From Heterodontus francisci (taxonomy: Eukaryota): a stretch of DNA of 64,000 nt. The DNA lies in NCBI RefSeq assembly GCF_036365525.1, contig NC_090398.1, positions 65,332,369 through 65,396,368 of the forward strand. The letters run 5' to 3'. Position numbers and translations under genes: made by a program. Positions 34,301 to 49,424 of the stretch are shown here, piece by piece. Positions within the stretch are counted from its first letter, which is position 1; each line of letters begins with the position of its first letter. Under the pieces are notes generated by a model. That model worked only from the letters and a program-made list of their open reading frames with translations, ran no database searches and was not told where the DNA came from.

Positions 34301-37300
34301 TCTGTTTCTGGCATCTGAATGTGGATTTTACTATGTACCTCTGAGTTACTTTATGTCTATGTGGGTTTTATTCTGTCTCTGCATGTCTCTGGTGAGTGTA
34401 ACGTTTTCCCTGTACCTATCAATATCACACTTGTCAGTGTGGCTATTATTCTGTACCTGTTGCTTTATGGTAGTGCTTTTCCTGTCAATCTCTGATATGC
34501 TACTATACATTTTATTCTGTACTTGTCAGATTCTGTGATGTGATATTGTTTTTCTCTGTCTATGTGTGTCTGGTATGTCATTATCAGTTTTACTGTGTAC
34601 CTATTAGCTTCTGGTATTTGAGTATGAGGCTCACATTGTGCATTTCAATTTGTTCTGTGAATCTACTTCGGCCTTGAACTGACAGTTTCTATTCTGTGAC
34701 TGTACATTTAAAGGATGATTGTTAATTTCTGCTCAATAGGTGTTCATTTAACTCTGTTCATGTCAGTCTCTGCAGTGGGAATTTGTGATTTATGCTGAAA
34801 CTGCCATTTGTTTATCTTGATGGTATGCTCAATCCTGTTCCTGTCAGTCTCTGTTTTTAAGGTTTTTTTCTGAGTATTTGTCAGTCTCTGACGTGTGAGT
34901 GTGGGATTTCCTTTGTGTCTGTAAGTTTTTAATGTGAATGAGAGGTTTTTAAATCGGTACATGGCAATTCCTGAAAAACGAGCATGGGTTTTACTCTGTA
35001 ACCCTCATACTCTGGTATTTGTGTTTGTGTCTTTTTCTTCTCATTACCTGTCTGTTTCTGAAAAGTTCGTTTGAATTTTACTTTGTACCAGTTACATACT
35101 GATCCCTGTTTGTGGGGCTTACTCTGCACCTCTCACTTTCTTATGTGATTCAGATTTATATCTGTACCAGTCAAACTCTGGTATTTGCATCTAGATTTTA
35201 CTCCACATCAGTCTAACTCAGAATCGTGAGTGTTGTTTTTTTACCTTGTTTCCTTTGTACTTTGCAGTATGGAACTGTAATTGTCACTTTCTGGTATTTG
35301 TGTGTAGCTTTTCTTTCATGTCTCTCAGTCTCTGTTGTGTTTTTCCGTATTGTGGGTGAGTGGGTTTGCTTCATGCCTGTCAGTTTCTATATGTTAGTGC
35401 AGTTATATTTTCTAGTGGGTGAGTGTTTTTTTTCACTTCTTTTGCTGTATTATTCAGTTCCTTGGATACGGGTGCAAGTTTCACTCGATATCTCTTAATC
35501 CCTAGTCTATAGTTTATCTCTGTCAGTTTCTGATTTTGAGTGTGGGTTTATCTGTACCTGTCACTTTGTTTTATGTGAGAAACGTTTTATTCTGTATCTT
35601 TCAGTTTCTGATGTTTGTTTGTGTGTCTTGAACTTGTGCCCCTCAGTTTATTGCATGGGAATGTGGGTTTGACTGTTAATCTAACACTCACTTGTATATG
35701 AGTGCTGTTTACTCTTTATCTTTGATTGTCTGGTTTGTAAATTTAAGTTTTAACCTGTGCATTTAAATTTCTAATGTGCAGGTCTGGTTTTTAACCTGTC
35801 TATGTCATGTTCTGGTATACAAGTACGTGTTTCAGTCTGGCTTTTGAGTGTGGATTGGACACCACATCTCTACATTCTCTAGAATGTGAGTGTGATTTTT
35901 AATCTGTACATGTCAGTTTCTGACATGTGTCTGTGAGGTTTACTTTGTACATTTCATTCTCTGGTCTGTGACTGCTGAATTTATTCTGTATCTGTCAGTT
36001 TATGGAAAGTGACTTTGAGTTTTAGTCTGCATCTGTCAGTATTTGCAATATCAATCATCTTAATTATGTGTGTTTTATTCTGTATCTGTCAGTGTGTGAA
36101 GTGCAAGTGTTGGGTTTTCTTTGTACCTGTCAGTTATGCATGAGAGATTTTCACTCTCTACCAGAAGATTTCTTGGCATTCACTGTGGATTTCACTCTGT
36201 GTCTGTCATTCTCTGGTAGTTGAGTGTGGCTTTTATACTGCATTTGCTATTTTCTGACATGTAAATGTAGATTTTAATCTTTACCTGTTTTTTTCCAGTA
36301 TGCGAGTATGGGTATCAATCTGTCACTGTCAGTTTCTCATATGTGAGGGAGGCAGTTATTCTGCACCTGTTACTTTCTGAAATGTGTGAAGGTTTTTATC
36401 TTTCCCTGTCAGTTTCTGGTATGTGATTGTGCCCTTTGTTCTGACCCTTTCCGTGAAAGGAATGTGGGTTCTGTTCCTGTCAGTTTCTGGTATGTGATTG
36501 TGGCCTTTGTTGTGTCCCTATCTGTTTCTGTGAATGGAATATGGGTTCTGCTCCTGTCAGTTTCTGGTATGTGATTGTTGCCTTTGTTCTGTCCCTATCT
36601 GTTTCTGTGCATGGAATGTGGGTTCTGTTCCTGTCAGTTTCTGGTGTGTGAATGTGGGTTTATTCTGTATCTTTCAATCTTTGGAATTTGATTATGTGCT
36701 TTCTGCAGCACCTTTTAGCTTCTGTTAAGTGAATGAGATGTTAATTCTGCACCTGTCCATTGATAGTATATGAATGTTTATTTTATTCTGTAACTGTCAG
36801 TTTATGGAACATGAAGGTGTTCCCCCCCCGATACGCCGCCACCCCCCCCCCCCCACCCCCACCTGCCAACTTCCAATATGTGACTGTTGTTTTATTCTAT
36901 ACCTGCCATTTTCTGTATGTGATTCTATTTTTTGATCTTTACCTTTCAGTTTCTGTTCCTTGAGTGAGTTTTACTTTGCACCAGTTGGTTTCTGGTATGT
37001 GAGTGTCACTTTTAAGCTGTACCTGTAAAGTTAAGATATAACACTGTGGGTTTATTCTGTATCTTTCAAACTCTAGTGTGTGATATGGGGCTTTTCTCTG
37101 AACCTTTCGATTTTTGGTCTGTGTGTTTTAATCTGCAGCTTACAGTTCCTGATAGGTGTGTGTGCACATTTTCTTTTGTTCTGCAGCTATCAATGTCTAC
37201 TACACATGTATGTGTGTTATTCCTCTCATTCAATTTCTCTTATTGGAGAATTGATTTTTCTTTGTCCCTCTCAGTCTCTGGTATGTGTCCATGTGTCTTG

Positions 37301-37500
37301 CGTGGTAACTGCAGTTTCAGTTAGGTGACTCTGGTGTTATTCTCTATCTGACAGTCTCTTGCATGTGAGTGGTTTTATTTTCTTCTCTGGAGCTGTTAGT
37401 CTCCCTTCTGTGGCTGGAGGTTTTAATCTTTACTTTAACTCTTTAATAATTTGTAAATGTGAATTTTACTCTGTCTGTCTGTTTACTGTATATGGGTATG
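31390..37500. repeat. Highly diverged ~41-bp satellite field with nested elements
   Basis: Recurring CTGTATCTGTCAGTTTCTGGTATGTGAATGTGGATTTTA-like units related to 9833-10259; similar tract at ~49480-51300. Confidence 0.75.
32640..33245 (+). mobile_element. CR1/L2-group LINE 3' fragment of a different family
   Basis: YKPQVRSLMDYSPVAWMCAPQTTLKKLYAIQDKAAGLIG. Confidence 0.7.
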
Positions 37501-37519
37501 TTTTTTTAAATCATCAGTT

Positions 37520-38010
37520 TCATAGAATCATAGAAAGTTTAAGGCACAGAAAGAGGTCACTTAATCCCACCTTCATTTGGTCCTGAACCCTATAGCTTAT
37601 GGCACTTGAGGTGCATACTCAGAGTACTTTTGAACCAGTTGAGGGTTCCTGCCTCAACTATCCTTTCAGGCAGTGAGTTCCAGACCCCCAAAAACCTCTG
37701 GGTGATTTTCTTTCCCTCATCGCCCCTCTAATTTTTCTACCAATCACTTTAAATCTATGGCCCTCGTCAATGACCTCTCTGTTCAGACCCTTCACCTCCA
37801 CTCTGTCCAGGTCCCTCAAAATTCTGTACATTTCAATCAGCTCTTCCCTCAGCCTTCACTGTTCCAAAGAGAATAATCCCAGCCTTTCCAATCTTTCCTC
37901 ACAGCTGCATTTTTACATTCCTGGCAACATCCTCGGAAATTTCCTCAGTACCCTCTCCAGTGCAATTATATCCTTACTGTAATGAGGTGACCAGAACTGG
38001 ACACAGTTTC
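37520..38010 (-). mobile_element. CR1 3' fragment
   Basis: CATAGAATCATAGAA tail and GACCAGAACTGGACACAG on the plus strand (CR1 antisense). Confidence 0.75.
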
Positions 38011-38849
38011 AGGTATGAAAGGGTGAGATTCAGTCTCTCTTTTACTGTCTCCAGGATGTGTCTCTCTTGTGAGATTGATATAGTGTCTTTCAATCTGATC
38101 GTGGGTGTGCTTTTGAATTGAGATTGATGCACCTAACTTGCAGCAGTACAGAATTGGAATGCATTGGACACAATGTCTGTCTCTTCTGCTTTGTTTGATT
38201 GCTGGATTGAAAATGTGTCTCTGAACTTGGGATCAGTGAGAGTTTGACTACTTCTGCTCCATGTGACTCTGGAATTAACTGATGGCCTCTGGGACTGATA
38301 ACAAACCTACTCTGTGTTGTATGGAGCTGAAAGTACATTTCCTTGTGCCTGGGAATCATCACATTCATTCTGTTCCCTTGAAGTATTTGCCTGCAGAAAG
38401 GACGAACAATATCTCTTGTAACTGAAGATCAGTTGAGGTGGAAGCTAGAAAAGAGATTAATGTAACATTTCAATTAATAATCATTATTACTGACCCGGAA
38501 TTTTAACTCTGCTTCCTTTCCACAGATGCTGCCAGACCGCTGAGTGGTTCCAGCATTTCTTGTTTTTATTTCACATTTCCAGCACCGGCAGTATTTTGCT
38601 TTTATTAAAGAGATTAATGTAACATTTCAATTAATAATCATGATGACTAACCACAAATACTCACCAGAAATACAAAGAATGTCAGTGTCTGATTTCACTG
38701 CAGATCTCAGCATCTGCTGACCAGGTGTTTTGACCGATTTACAACAATTTAGTGACATCCAGAAACAAGCCAACATCTGCACTTCTCCAAGATTGGGACG
38801 ACCTGAGGGATGTTTGTGCAGATCAGGTTTCTATTTCCATCTGACATTA

Positions 38850-39170
38850 TAACATAAGAACCTAAGAAGTAGGAGCAGGAGTAGGCCATTCAGTCTCTCG
38901 AATCTGATCCACCGTTCAATAAGATTATGGCTGATCTGATCGTGGATTCAGCTCCATTATCCTGCCTGCTCCCAGAACACATTACTCCCATGGAGATCAA
39001 AAGTTTAACTCATCCTTGAATATATTTAACAACTCAGCCTCTACTGCTCTCTGAGGTAGAGAATTCCAAAGAATAATGACGCTTTGAGAGAAGAAATTCC
39101 TCCTTCACTCTGTCTAAAATGGGAGATCCCTTATTCTGAAACTGTGCGCCCGAGATCTTGATTCCACTAT
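38850..39170 (-). mobile_element. CR1 3' fragment
   Basis: AACATAAGAA..TAGGAGCAGGAGTAGGCCATTCAG tail and GGTAGAGAATTCCAAAGA. Confidence 0.7.
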
Positions 39171-39171
39171 T

Positions 39172-40116
39172 CACTGTATATTTTGGGCCTCCTTATCTCG
39201 AGAGACAATGGATACGCGCCTGGATGTGGTCAGTGGTTTGTGAAGCAGCGCCTGGAGTGGCGATAAAGGCCAATTCTAGAGTGACAGGCTTTTCCACAGG
39301 TGCTGCTGAGAAATTTGTTTCTCGGGGCTGTTGCACAGTTGGCTCTCCCCTTGCGCCTCTGCCTTTTTTCCTGCCAACTACTAAGTCTCTTCGACTCACC
39401 ACATTTTAGCCCCGTCTTTATGGCTGCCCGCCAGCTCTGGCGAACGCTGGCAACTGACTCCCACGATTTGTGATCAATGTCACAGGATTTCATGTCGCGT
39501 TTGCAGACGTCTTTATGGCGGAGACATGGACGGCCGGTGGGTCTGATACTAGTGGCGAGCTCGCTGTACAATGTGTCTTTGGGGATCCTGCCATCTTCCA
39601 TGTGGCTCACATGGCCAAGCCATCTCAAGTGCCGCTGACTCAGTAGTGTGTACAAGCTGGGGATGTTGGCTGCCTCGAGGACTTCTGTGTTGGAGATACG
39701 GTCCTGCCACCTGATGCCAAGTATTCTCCGGAGGCAGCGAAGATGGAATGAATTGAGACGTCGCTCTTGGCTGACATACGTTGTCCAGGACTCGCTGCCA
39801 TAGAGAAAGGCACTGAGGACACAGGCCTGATGCACTCGGACTTTTGTGTTCCGTGTCAGTGCGCCATTTTCCCACACTCTCTTGGCCAGTCTGGACATAG
39901 CAGTGGAAGCCTTTCCCATGCGCTGGTTGATTTCTGCATCTAGAGACAGGTTACTGGTGATAGTTGAGCCTAGGTAGGTAAACTCTTGAACAACTTCCAG
40001 AGCGTGGTCGCCAATATTGATGGATGGAGCATTTCTGACATCCTGCCCCATGATGTTTGTTTTCTTGAGGCTGATGGTCAGGCCAAATTCATTGCAGGCA
40101 GCCGCAAACCTGTCGC
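39172..40116 (-). mobile_element. RTE-clade (BovB-like) LINE, 5'-truncated
   Basis: ORF 39230-40051: FTYLGS, LYGSESW, LRWLGHV, RIPKDTLYSEL and C-terminal CGKACHSRIGLYRH. Confidence 0.9.
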
Positions 40117-41127
40117 AACACTCACAGTAAACAGCGTGAAACAGGAGTTAAACCACGAACATGTATTACAGAACTGAGGCGAGAAACAGCAAAGATTTTC
40201 TACAGCAGCTTATTCACGTTCTGTCTCACTTACCGAGTTCACACACAGGCCGAGAAAGGCCTCTCCATTCCTCCGCTCACTCCATGTTCCGGGATCAGTT
40301 CATCCTCCACATTGCCTCTCACAAACAGCCCGCGACGCCCCCTGAACTTGCCCCGGAGTCAATGGCGATCTCTGATCCAGACTGCGGACAGGGTCCGAAA
40401 GCAATGTGCTGCTGGAAGCAGATTGCTGTTTGCTGCCTTACCCCGAGGCCGTAATATCTCCATTCCCTCTGTTAAAAACAAACTCACTGAGTAAATGGCG
40501 TTCAACGGATTTGCTGGCGGAGGGGAGCGCGCATTGCGCTCGTTCGCTCATTCACAATCACTGGTGGGGGCGGTGCTGTACCGCGCATGCGCTGCATTCG
40601 GCAATAGTTTGAAAAACAAAAATCAATCGGAACTTTCTCCAGTTCAGTTTTATCTGATTTTGAGCAATGGAACCGGGACTGTGGGCAAGATTAGAGAAGG
40701 TTTCCAGCTGGGAGATGACCCCTTTACCAAGCTCAACTTGAGATCATTCTCTGCACTATGTTTGCTGTTCATTAGCTCGAATTCTCAAAGTGATCCTCCG
40801 AGGGAGTCGATGTGTTTGCAGGAATGGGGCAGGAGTTAATATCTGACAGTTGCAGTCAGAGATCAATTTAAGCAGATTATAACTGTCTGTCACTGAGAGT
40901 CATAGCGAAGGGTTTGAGCTGAAAGATTACAGAGAGTTCTACAGGGCATAGAAAGTTGCATTTGGGACATAGTATGCCTCACTCTCTGACACATTCCCGG
41001 ACTGTGAGATTAATAATGTGTCTTCCTCTGGCACCATATCAGTGAGAGATGAGATTGTAGCGTCTGTTTCCCCAGGCGGATCTTTCGAGATAAAAACGAA
41101 TCTTACATTTCAGCTTAAAACTCAATA

Positions 41128-42155
41128 ATTACAGGCCAGTCAGTCTAACCTCAGTAGTGGGTAAATTATTGAAATCTATTCTGAGAGACAAGATAAACTG
41201 TCACTTAGAAAGGCACATACCAACTGAATTGAATTTTTAAAAGGATGTTAGCTGAGGGTGGTACTGTTGATGGATTCCACATGAATTTTAGCAAGGCTCT
41301 TGACAGGGTCCCAAAATAAAGACTCTTTATAAAATAAAATTTCATGTCATCCAGGGAAATGCAGCAAGGTGGATGGAAAATTGCCTCAGTGGCAGGAACA
41401 AAGAGTAATTGTTGACGGCTGGTTTTGAGACTGGAGGGCTGTTTCCAGTTGTTTTCCCCAGGGCTCAGTAATGGGTCCCCTGTTTTTCTGATGATCTATA
41501 TGAACAAGTTGGACATAAATGTTGAGGGACACGATCAAGAAGTTTACAGACGACACCAATATTGGCCGGATGGTAGATAGCGAGGAGGAGTGCAGTGGAC
41601 TGGAGGAAGATGTTTATGGTCTGGTCAGAAGGGCAGAAAAGTGGTGCATAGAATTCAACTCGGAGAAGTGTGACGTGATGCACTTGGGGAGGTGAAACAA
41701 TGCAAAGGAATACACGATTAATGAGAAAATACTGAGAGGTGCAGAGGGGGTGAGGGACCTTGGAGTAAATGTCCACGGATCCCGGAAGGTAACAGGGCAG
41801 GGTGATAATATGGTTATGAAGACATATGGAATCCATTCCTTTATTAGCCGATGTACAGAATATAAGAGGAGGAAGGGTATGCTGGAACTTTCTCATCATT
41901 GGTTAGGCCAGAACTTGAGTTCTGTGTGCCGTTCTGGTCACCTCATTACAGTAACTGCACGAGAGAGGGTACAGAGGAGATGTTAGAGGATGTTGCCGGG
42001 ACTTAAAAATGCAGCTCTGAGGAAAGATTGGTTAGACTGTGGTTGTTCTCCTTGGAACAGAGAAGGCTGACGGGAGATCTGATTGAAATGTATAAAATGT
42101 TAAAGGGCCTGGATGGAGTGGAGCTGAGGGGTCTATTTACCTCAGCAGAGAGCTC
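41128..42155 (+). mobile_element. Degenerate CR1 ORF2 fragment
   Basis: Remnants of YRPVSLTSVVGK, KFTDDT, RDLGVNVH and ERVQRR. Confidence 0.8.
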
Positions 42156-42777
42156 AAAACCTGTCCTGGGAACTCTACATTTAGCGAACAGTTCGACATG
42201 AGAATGTGTAGATGTGAATATTGTGTAAGAGAGAGTGTATTAAAGGTGCTGGCGGGTTAGTCTAATGTCACTGTATTTGTGGGACCGGTCTCATCGCCGG
42301 ATTTCCGAGTCACTCTTGTGTCAAGTAACAAGATTTTGCACTCAAAGAAGCACATTGCTCCCCTTCTCATCCCCAAAGTGGGAATTCAGTGTAGTTTTTT
42401 TGTTCATTTCAAGATTTCAGTCAAAAAGTGGAGAACATGTCAGTTTTCGGGGGAGAGAGCGCCATCAGTGCAGCAATAAAACGGGTTTCAGTCAAAAATG
42501 GAGTCTTTACTTCAAGTGCAAACTATTGGACAGCAAGCATTGTCATGTCAGAGAGAGGAAGGATCTAGTCTGGGACTCTGCAGTACCCGAATTTCAGTGG
42601 TATTGGAGAGTTTAGGACCAGAGAGAAACACAAAGAGGCAGCAGGAGCCGGTAGTTGACAGCAGGTTGTCTCCACCCCCGTCCGCTCACTGCCTTTAAGT
42701 TGCTCAGTGCCGCCACCACCGGCTTCATTTCTGACCCAGTTCTGACTGACAGAGAGAATTTGTGCAGAGTCCCGGAC

Positions 42778-43437
42778 ATGACCGATACAGCAGCCGCCGA
42801 AACGGCTCTTCCAGCCGCCGCCGCTCAAGTCAAGACTCCGAAGAAGAAGAAAGCGGCTCCCCGGAACAAGTCAGCTGGTCCCACGTTGAGCGAGCAGATC
42901 CTCAAGATTGTGGCGGATTGCACCGATCGCAGGGGGACCTCACTGCCCGCCATAAAGAAGGCTCTGGGTAGGAGCGGTGTGGATGTGGGGAAGTTCAGGA
43001 CCCAAATCAAGCAAAGTATCAGGAGGAATGTGAACAAAGGCTCCCCGGTGCACAGCAGCGGTACGAGCGCATCCGGCTCCTTCAAAATCCCTAAGCAGGG
43101 AACCAAGGGAAATGTGGGAAAGAAAGTGAAGTCAGGAGCAGCCAAAAAACCTTTCGAAAAGCAATCAGCAGCCAAGAAATTACCAGTCAAGAAACTAGCA
43201 GCCAAGAAATCGGCAGCGAAGAAATCAGCAGGCAAGAAAGTGACCAGCAAGAAGGCGGCAACGCCAAAGAAATCCCCAGGGAAGAAAGCAGCACTTCCGA
43301 AAAAGTCTCCTGCAAAGAAGGGCAAAAAACCCAAGAGTGCCACGGGCGGAAAGGAGCTCAAGAAAGTTCAATCATCAAGCGGCAAGACCAAGCCAAAAGC
43401 AGCAAAGGCTCAGAAAGCAGCCCCTGGAAAGAAGTGA
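42778..43437 (+). CDS. H1: Histone H1, intact 219-aa ORF
   Basis: MTDTAAAETA..KAAPGKK*; stem-loop GGCTCTTCTCAGAGCC 43474-43489 and HDE AAAGAGCTG; 30-bp tail deletion and GSPVHSSGTSASGSF changes relative to copy 1. Confidence 0.85.
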   Translation: MTDTAAAETALPAAAAQVKTPKKKKAAPRNKSAGPTLSEQILKIVADCTDRRGTSLPAIKKALGRSGVDVGKFRTQIKQSIRRNVNKGSPVHSSGTSASGSFKIPKQGTKGNVGKKVKSGAAKKPFEKQSAAKKLPVKKLAAKKSAAKKSAGKKVTSKKAATPKKSPGKKAALPKKSPAKKGKKPKSATGGKELKKVQSSSGKTKPKAAKAQKAAPGKK

Positions 43438-44202
43438 AACTGCACGGGAAACTTGCAGACATCTGAACCCAAAGGCTCTTCTCAGAGCCACCCACATCAC
43501 TCAGGAAAGAGCTGATCCCACTATCACATGATCCCTGTCCCGCCGCCGTGTGCACATTTCACATAGAAATGATGGGAAGTAAACGCAGGATCCCTGGTGA
43601 CTCGCTGACATACACTACACTCAGCCCGTCCCCCACTCTCTGTAACAAAACAGAGGGATGTCCCGGCCTCACTGTAACTGGGGATATGTTCGGTACAGTC
43701 TCAGTTCATGCTCGTTTCACTAATTCAGAGTGTGAGGGTCTAACACAGGAAACTGGCGAGAAATCCCGCGTCACAACTCAAACCCCAATACATGAGTTTC
43801 TCTAATTCAGCTGGGGTAAGGTGTTAGTAAACTGATCAATCCGTCTGGGAGGGGAGGTGTGTGGAAACGGGTTGACTTGTGATCGGAAGCACTGTACTTA
43901 GGCGGATATATGATCAACATTTAATTGTTATAGATCCTTATTTAAAAGCTCCGGTTTTCTGTTATCTTTGACAATAAAGGCCGAGTCTGGAAGTTTTGTG
44001 CAAAGCTCTGTTGTTGAGAATTTTTTTTTTGAATTGGCGGTTCGAGCAAGTGGGAGGCGGAGCTGGAGGATGAAAATCATTTCTCTGCTCTGTCTGTTAC
44101 TCAGTTTCCTCTCCGCCCCGCCTCTCACTCTCTGTCCCTTTCTCAGTCAGGTCTGGGCGGGCTGTATAAAAAAGGCAGCAGAAACAGCTCGTTTCTCAGT
44201 GA

Positions 44203-44688
<486 letters not shown>

Positions 44689-45181
44689 ATTTACATATCA
44701 CAGATCTTTCACTGTCTTTTTCTCTTCATTATTTATCGAACACGTCATGAATTAAACGGTTGCATTTGTTAATTTATACGTGAAGGTCTGAACTGCCGGC
44801 ACGAAGCGGAATTTACTGCCGTGATAGTAAGTAATGACTGGCGCCTTGTTCCCGCCAGAGACAACTGTTCAAACTGTGTTGGAAGACACAGAGGGAGAAT
44901 CCAGTACGAAAGAAATAAAGCTACAAGGAGTGAGATTTTATAATTGTTCCCGCCAGATTAGGTGTTTTTTAATCTTTGCCTTGTTTTCTCATCTGAAATT
45001 GGCGGGCTTTTTGAAATTGATAAAATTTCAGTTTCAGTTACAGTTCAACCAATCAGTGCACAGCATTTCCCGCCGCCCTTTTACTTCCCGGAGCTGGTTT
45101 CAAACTTGACTGATGGACGGGGCTGCATCCAATCACAATACTAGTGCGGTCCCTCTACTATCTTAAATAGACAGTCCCTGA

Positions 45182-45631
<450 letters not shown>

Positions 45632-46354
45632 ACTCACCCTGCCCCGAAACTGAGTTTGGCATCAAATAACACAACGGCTCTTTTAAGAGCCACCAAACCG
45701 ACAAAACAAAGAGCTGCGATCACCTGTTGTCAGAGAAATGTGGTCTGGAGCAGATCATGTTATTAGAGAGCCGATCATTGTGCAAAATCTTTCGTTTGCA
45801 TCAACGGTAGAATTGCTAAAATCCCTGGCAACTATCACAAGAGGCGAGCAGTTAAATTACCGAATCCAGTACTGAGAAGGCTGAGGGGAGATCTGATTGA
45901 AATGTACAACATTTTGGCGGGACTGGAGAGAGTGGAGGTGAAGAGTCTTAGCAGAGAGGTCTGTGACTGTGCGACATATGTTTAAAGTGATTGGTAGAAA
46001 AATTAGAGGGAAAACGAGGATTTTATTTTCACCTAGAGGGTGGCAGGAGTCTGGAACTCACTGCCTGAAAGGGTAGTTGAGGCAGAGACCCTCAACTCAT
46101 ACAAAAGGAATCTGGATATGCATCTCAAGTGCTGTAATCTGCAGGGCGACGGACTGAATGTTGGAAGGTGGGATTAGCATAGGTGGGTCGTTTTTCGGCC
46201 GACACGATGGGCCAAGTGGCCTCTTTTTGTGCCAATACAAAGCAGCGCTAGCATTATAAAATTGCCGCCTCTCAGACAGCAAGCAGCCCTTTCACAGATA
46301 AAGTGGGTGGCTCTGAAAAGAGCCTTTGTGTTCGCAGATTTAAGTCAGGCCGCT

Positions 46355-46804
<450 letters not shown>

Positions 46805-47688
46805 TTATACCTTCGGGAGGAATGGAGTCGGGGGCACTGGTGATTGGTCACTCTGCACTGGGTGTCATTGTACTCTTCATGTGACCAATCAGAGAGCTGC
46901 TGAATTCACCAATCCGGAGACGCCAAGGAGATGAGGGCGGAAAATAATGGCGCGAAATTGTCAGACTGAAAACGATTTTTCAAATTTGAAAAGCCCTCCA
47001 ATATATTTGTAAAACACAGAGCGGCTTCAATATAGATCATCACATTTATAGGTAACTTGGTTTTACCGCAAATATTTTAAAATCTTTTTTATATTGTATT
47101 ATTCCACATGTGGTAACAATTTACAGATTCGCTTTCACATTCCGCCATCTATTCGGGTTTACTCTCTATCCTTTTTGAAACATTCTATAACCAGCGGACA
47201 GAAAGCCTCTTTCACAGCATTCTGTAACCATTTCAGCTCAATGTTCCTAATGATACCGCATCACTGACTATAGATTGATCCCTATTGGTGAGAGACAACA
47301 GCGGAGTGTATAATCTTAGTGTCAGGTGTTAAAGAGTGAGACTGAGGGTTCCCACACCACCGGGGTTTCTAGATAATGTGCTGATTACTTATTGAGGACA
47401 AACTTGATCTCGGGATATGAGTGACTGAGAAATGATGCCTGCGCGTTAAATCAGATTTTATTGTCGAAATACAGCAAAGGGGCCGAATATGAACGCGTCC
47501 AGGAACAAAGCTCACAAATGGTCAGTAATTAATGATCGGGACATTATTAAGTAGAGACAGGAAGATCGCACGGGCAGTGAAACTGTATTAACCAGAATCT
47601 GTGGGATTAAAACAGAGATCACAAAGACAGTTAGAAAATACTTGCTAAAAATATCAAAATAAATTGATATTATAGAGATTAATGTTGT

Positions 47689-47870
47689 AGCTTTTTGAGA
47701 GACGTTGTCGGTGGCTCTTAAAGGTCGGAACTCGCATTTTATACACATCCCCAGAGATCTATGTTAATGAAGGATGGGTGAAAACCGTGTTCGTGATTGG
47801 CTGGTTTACAATGAAGTCAATTCTTTTGATTCTGCATTTATCTGATTGCTTACTTTAGATACCCAATCAA
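47689..47870 (-). pseudogene. Second empty H2B-like locus
   Basis: Same promoter to half-stem-loop fusion as 4811-4990. Confidence 0.65.
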
Positions 47871-48071
47871 ATTTAGTGCTCGGCGAAGCCACAATATTTC
47901 GCCGCAGTCAGCTCGTCCATTGCTTTTGCCTGTCACCTATCCACCGATATCCCTGACTTTCTCACTCCCTCTGTTGCTGTCTCTTCAACTGTTTCAGTTC
48001 TGTTGGCACCAGTCCGTCACCTTTTTCATTCTGCACGGATCATTCCTCCGCACTTCAGCTTACTCACAGAA

Positions 48072-48155
48072 GACAAGGTGGCCGAGTGATTAAAACGATG
48101 AACTGCTAATCTGTTGCACTCTGCATGCGTGGGTTTGAATTCCATACTCCTTGTT
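48072..48155 (+). pseudogene. tRNA-Ser(GCT) pseudogene
   Basis: Paralogue of 5194-5277 with anticodon loop CTGCTAA. Confidence 0.8.
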
Positions 48156-49369
48156 TCTGAATGTTTAAAATAAGAGCACCGGCTTCGTGTTCCATTCGAG
48201 TGCGCTGGTTCTTTCTAAACAAGAAATACGGATGTGTACAATAAACACAGTGACGGTGTTGTCGTGGAGTATTGCATCCAGTTCTGCTCATTGGAGGGAA
48301 CAGAGGAGATTTATCAGAATGCGTGAAGTCAGTAGAGATGGGTTTGTTCTCCATTGAATCAACAACATTCAAACAGTTGAAGAGACAGTTGCAGAGGGAG
48401 TTAGAAAGTCAGGGATATTGGTGGATCGGTGACAGGCAAGATCAGTGGACGAGCTGACCGAAGGGAGATTTACAACAAGTGTGAAACATCATGACAAGTG
48501 AGACAAGGATAAACAGTTCCCATTAGCTCATTGTACAAGGACATAGTGACAGAAATTGAGGATTTTGGGCAGGAGATTTCGGGCGAACACTGAGTGAGTG
48601 GTGATGATCTGGAACTCACTTCCCACAAGGGTGCTGTACTAGAGACAATCAATTACTTCAAGAGATTATTGACACAGCATTTGAAGGAATTAAACTTGCA
48701 GAGCTACAGGGATCGACCGGTGGAGTGAGTGTGACTGGATTGCACTGTGGAGAGCTGTCATGGACTCGATGGGCCAAATAGCCTCCTTCGGTGCTGTAAA
48801 TAACTCTATGTTTACTATTCGTTTCTGACTGAAAACTGATCAGTTTAAAGGCTATTTCAAATCTATAGTTATTCAAAAAAAAGAAGATAAATTTCCGGGA
48901 GACGTACATGGATGATGAGAATCATTTTATAAAAATGCATTGACTTGTTCAGTTTTAAAACTGTTTTTTTTTTGTATTTTGTCTGTGTTTAGCTGTGTTT
49001 AGCCCATCAGTTCCTGGTCTGTGAGTGTGAGTTTACCTCATTTTATTTCATTCTCTGTTATCTGAGTGTGGGTTCAATCTTTACCCAGAGCACCGTTTGT
49101 GAACTGAACTTTACCTATCTCCCTTTTTATTATTATTTAACAAAGATCTGCACACTCTTGTTTCTGACTGTGAACTCATTTATTAGTTTAAAGGACATGT
49201 CTTCTTTAACATAAATTTCATTGAAAGAAAATTGAAGTTCAGCATTGTGGGAGATGCACATGGATGATGAGAGTCTTTTGTAAGTTTTAATTTGGAAATC
49301 ACATTGATCATTTTTAATTTATAAAATGAATCTGTATGATACCAGAATTGAGGTCTGACCTGCAGTAGA

Positions 49370-49424
49370 GAACTCATGTCAACTGCTTGGAAAGCAGATA
49401 TTCTCAGCACTATAGCACCATCAC
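49370..49424 (-). pseudogene. Truncated tRNA-Gly(TCC) pseudogene
   Basis: Reverse complement GTGATGGTGCTATAGTGCTGAGAATATCTGCTTTCCAAGCAGTTGACATGAGTTC. Confidence 0.7.

Noticed and set aside
31544-37586. Many short hydrophobic, Cys/Phe-rich ORFs
   Set aside because: Translations of the T-rich degenerate satellite.
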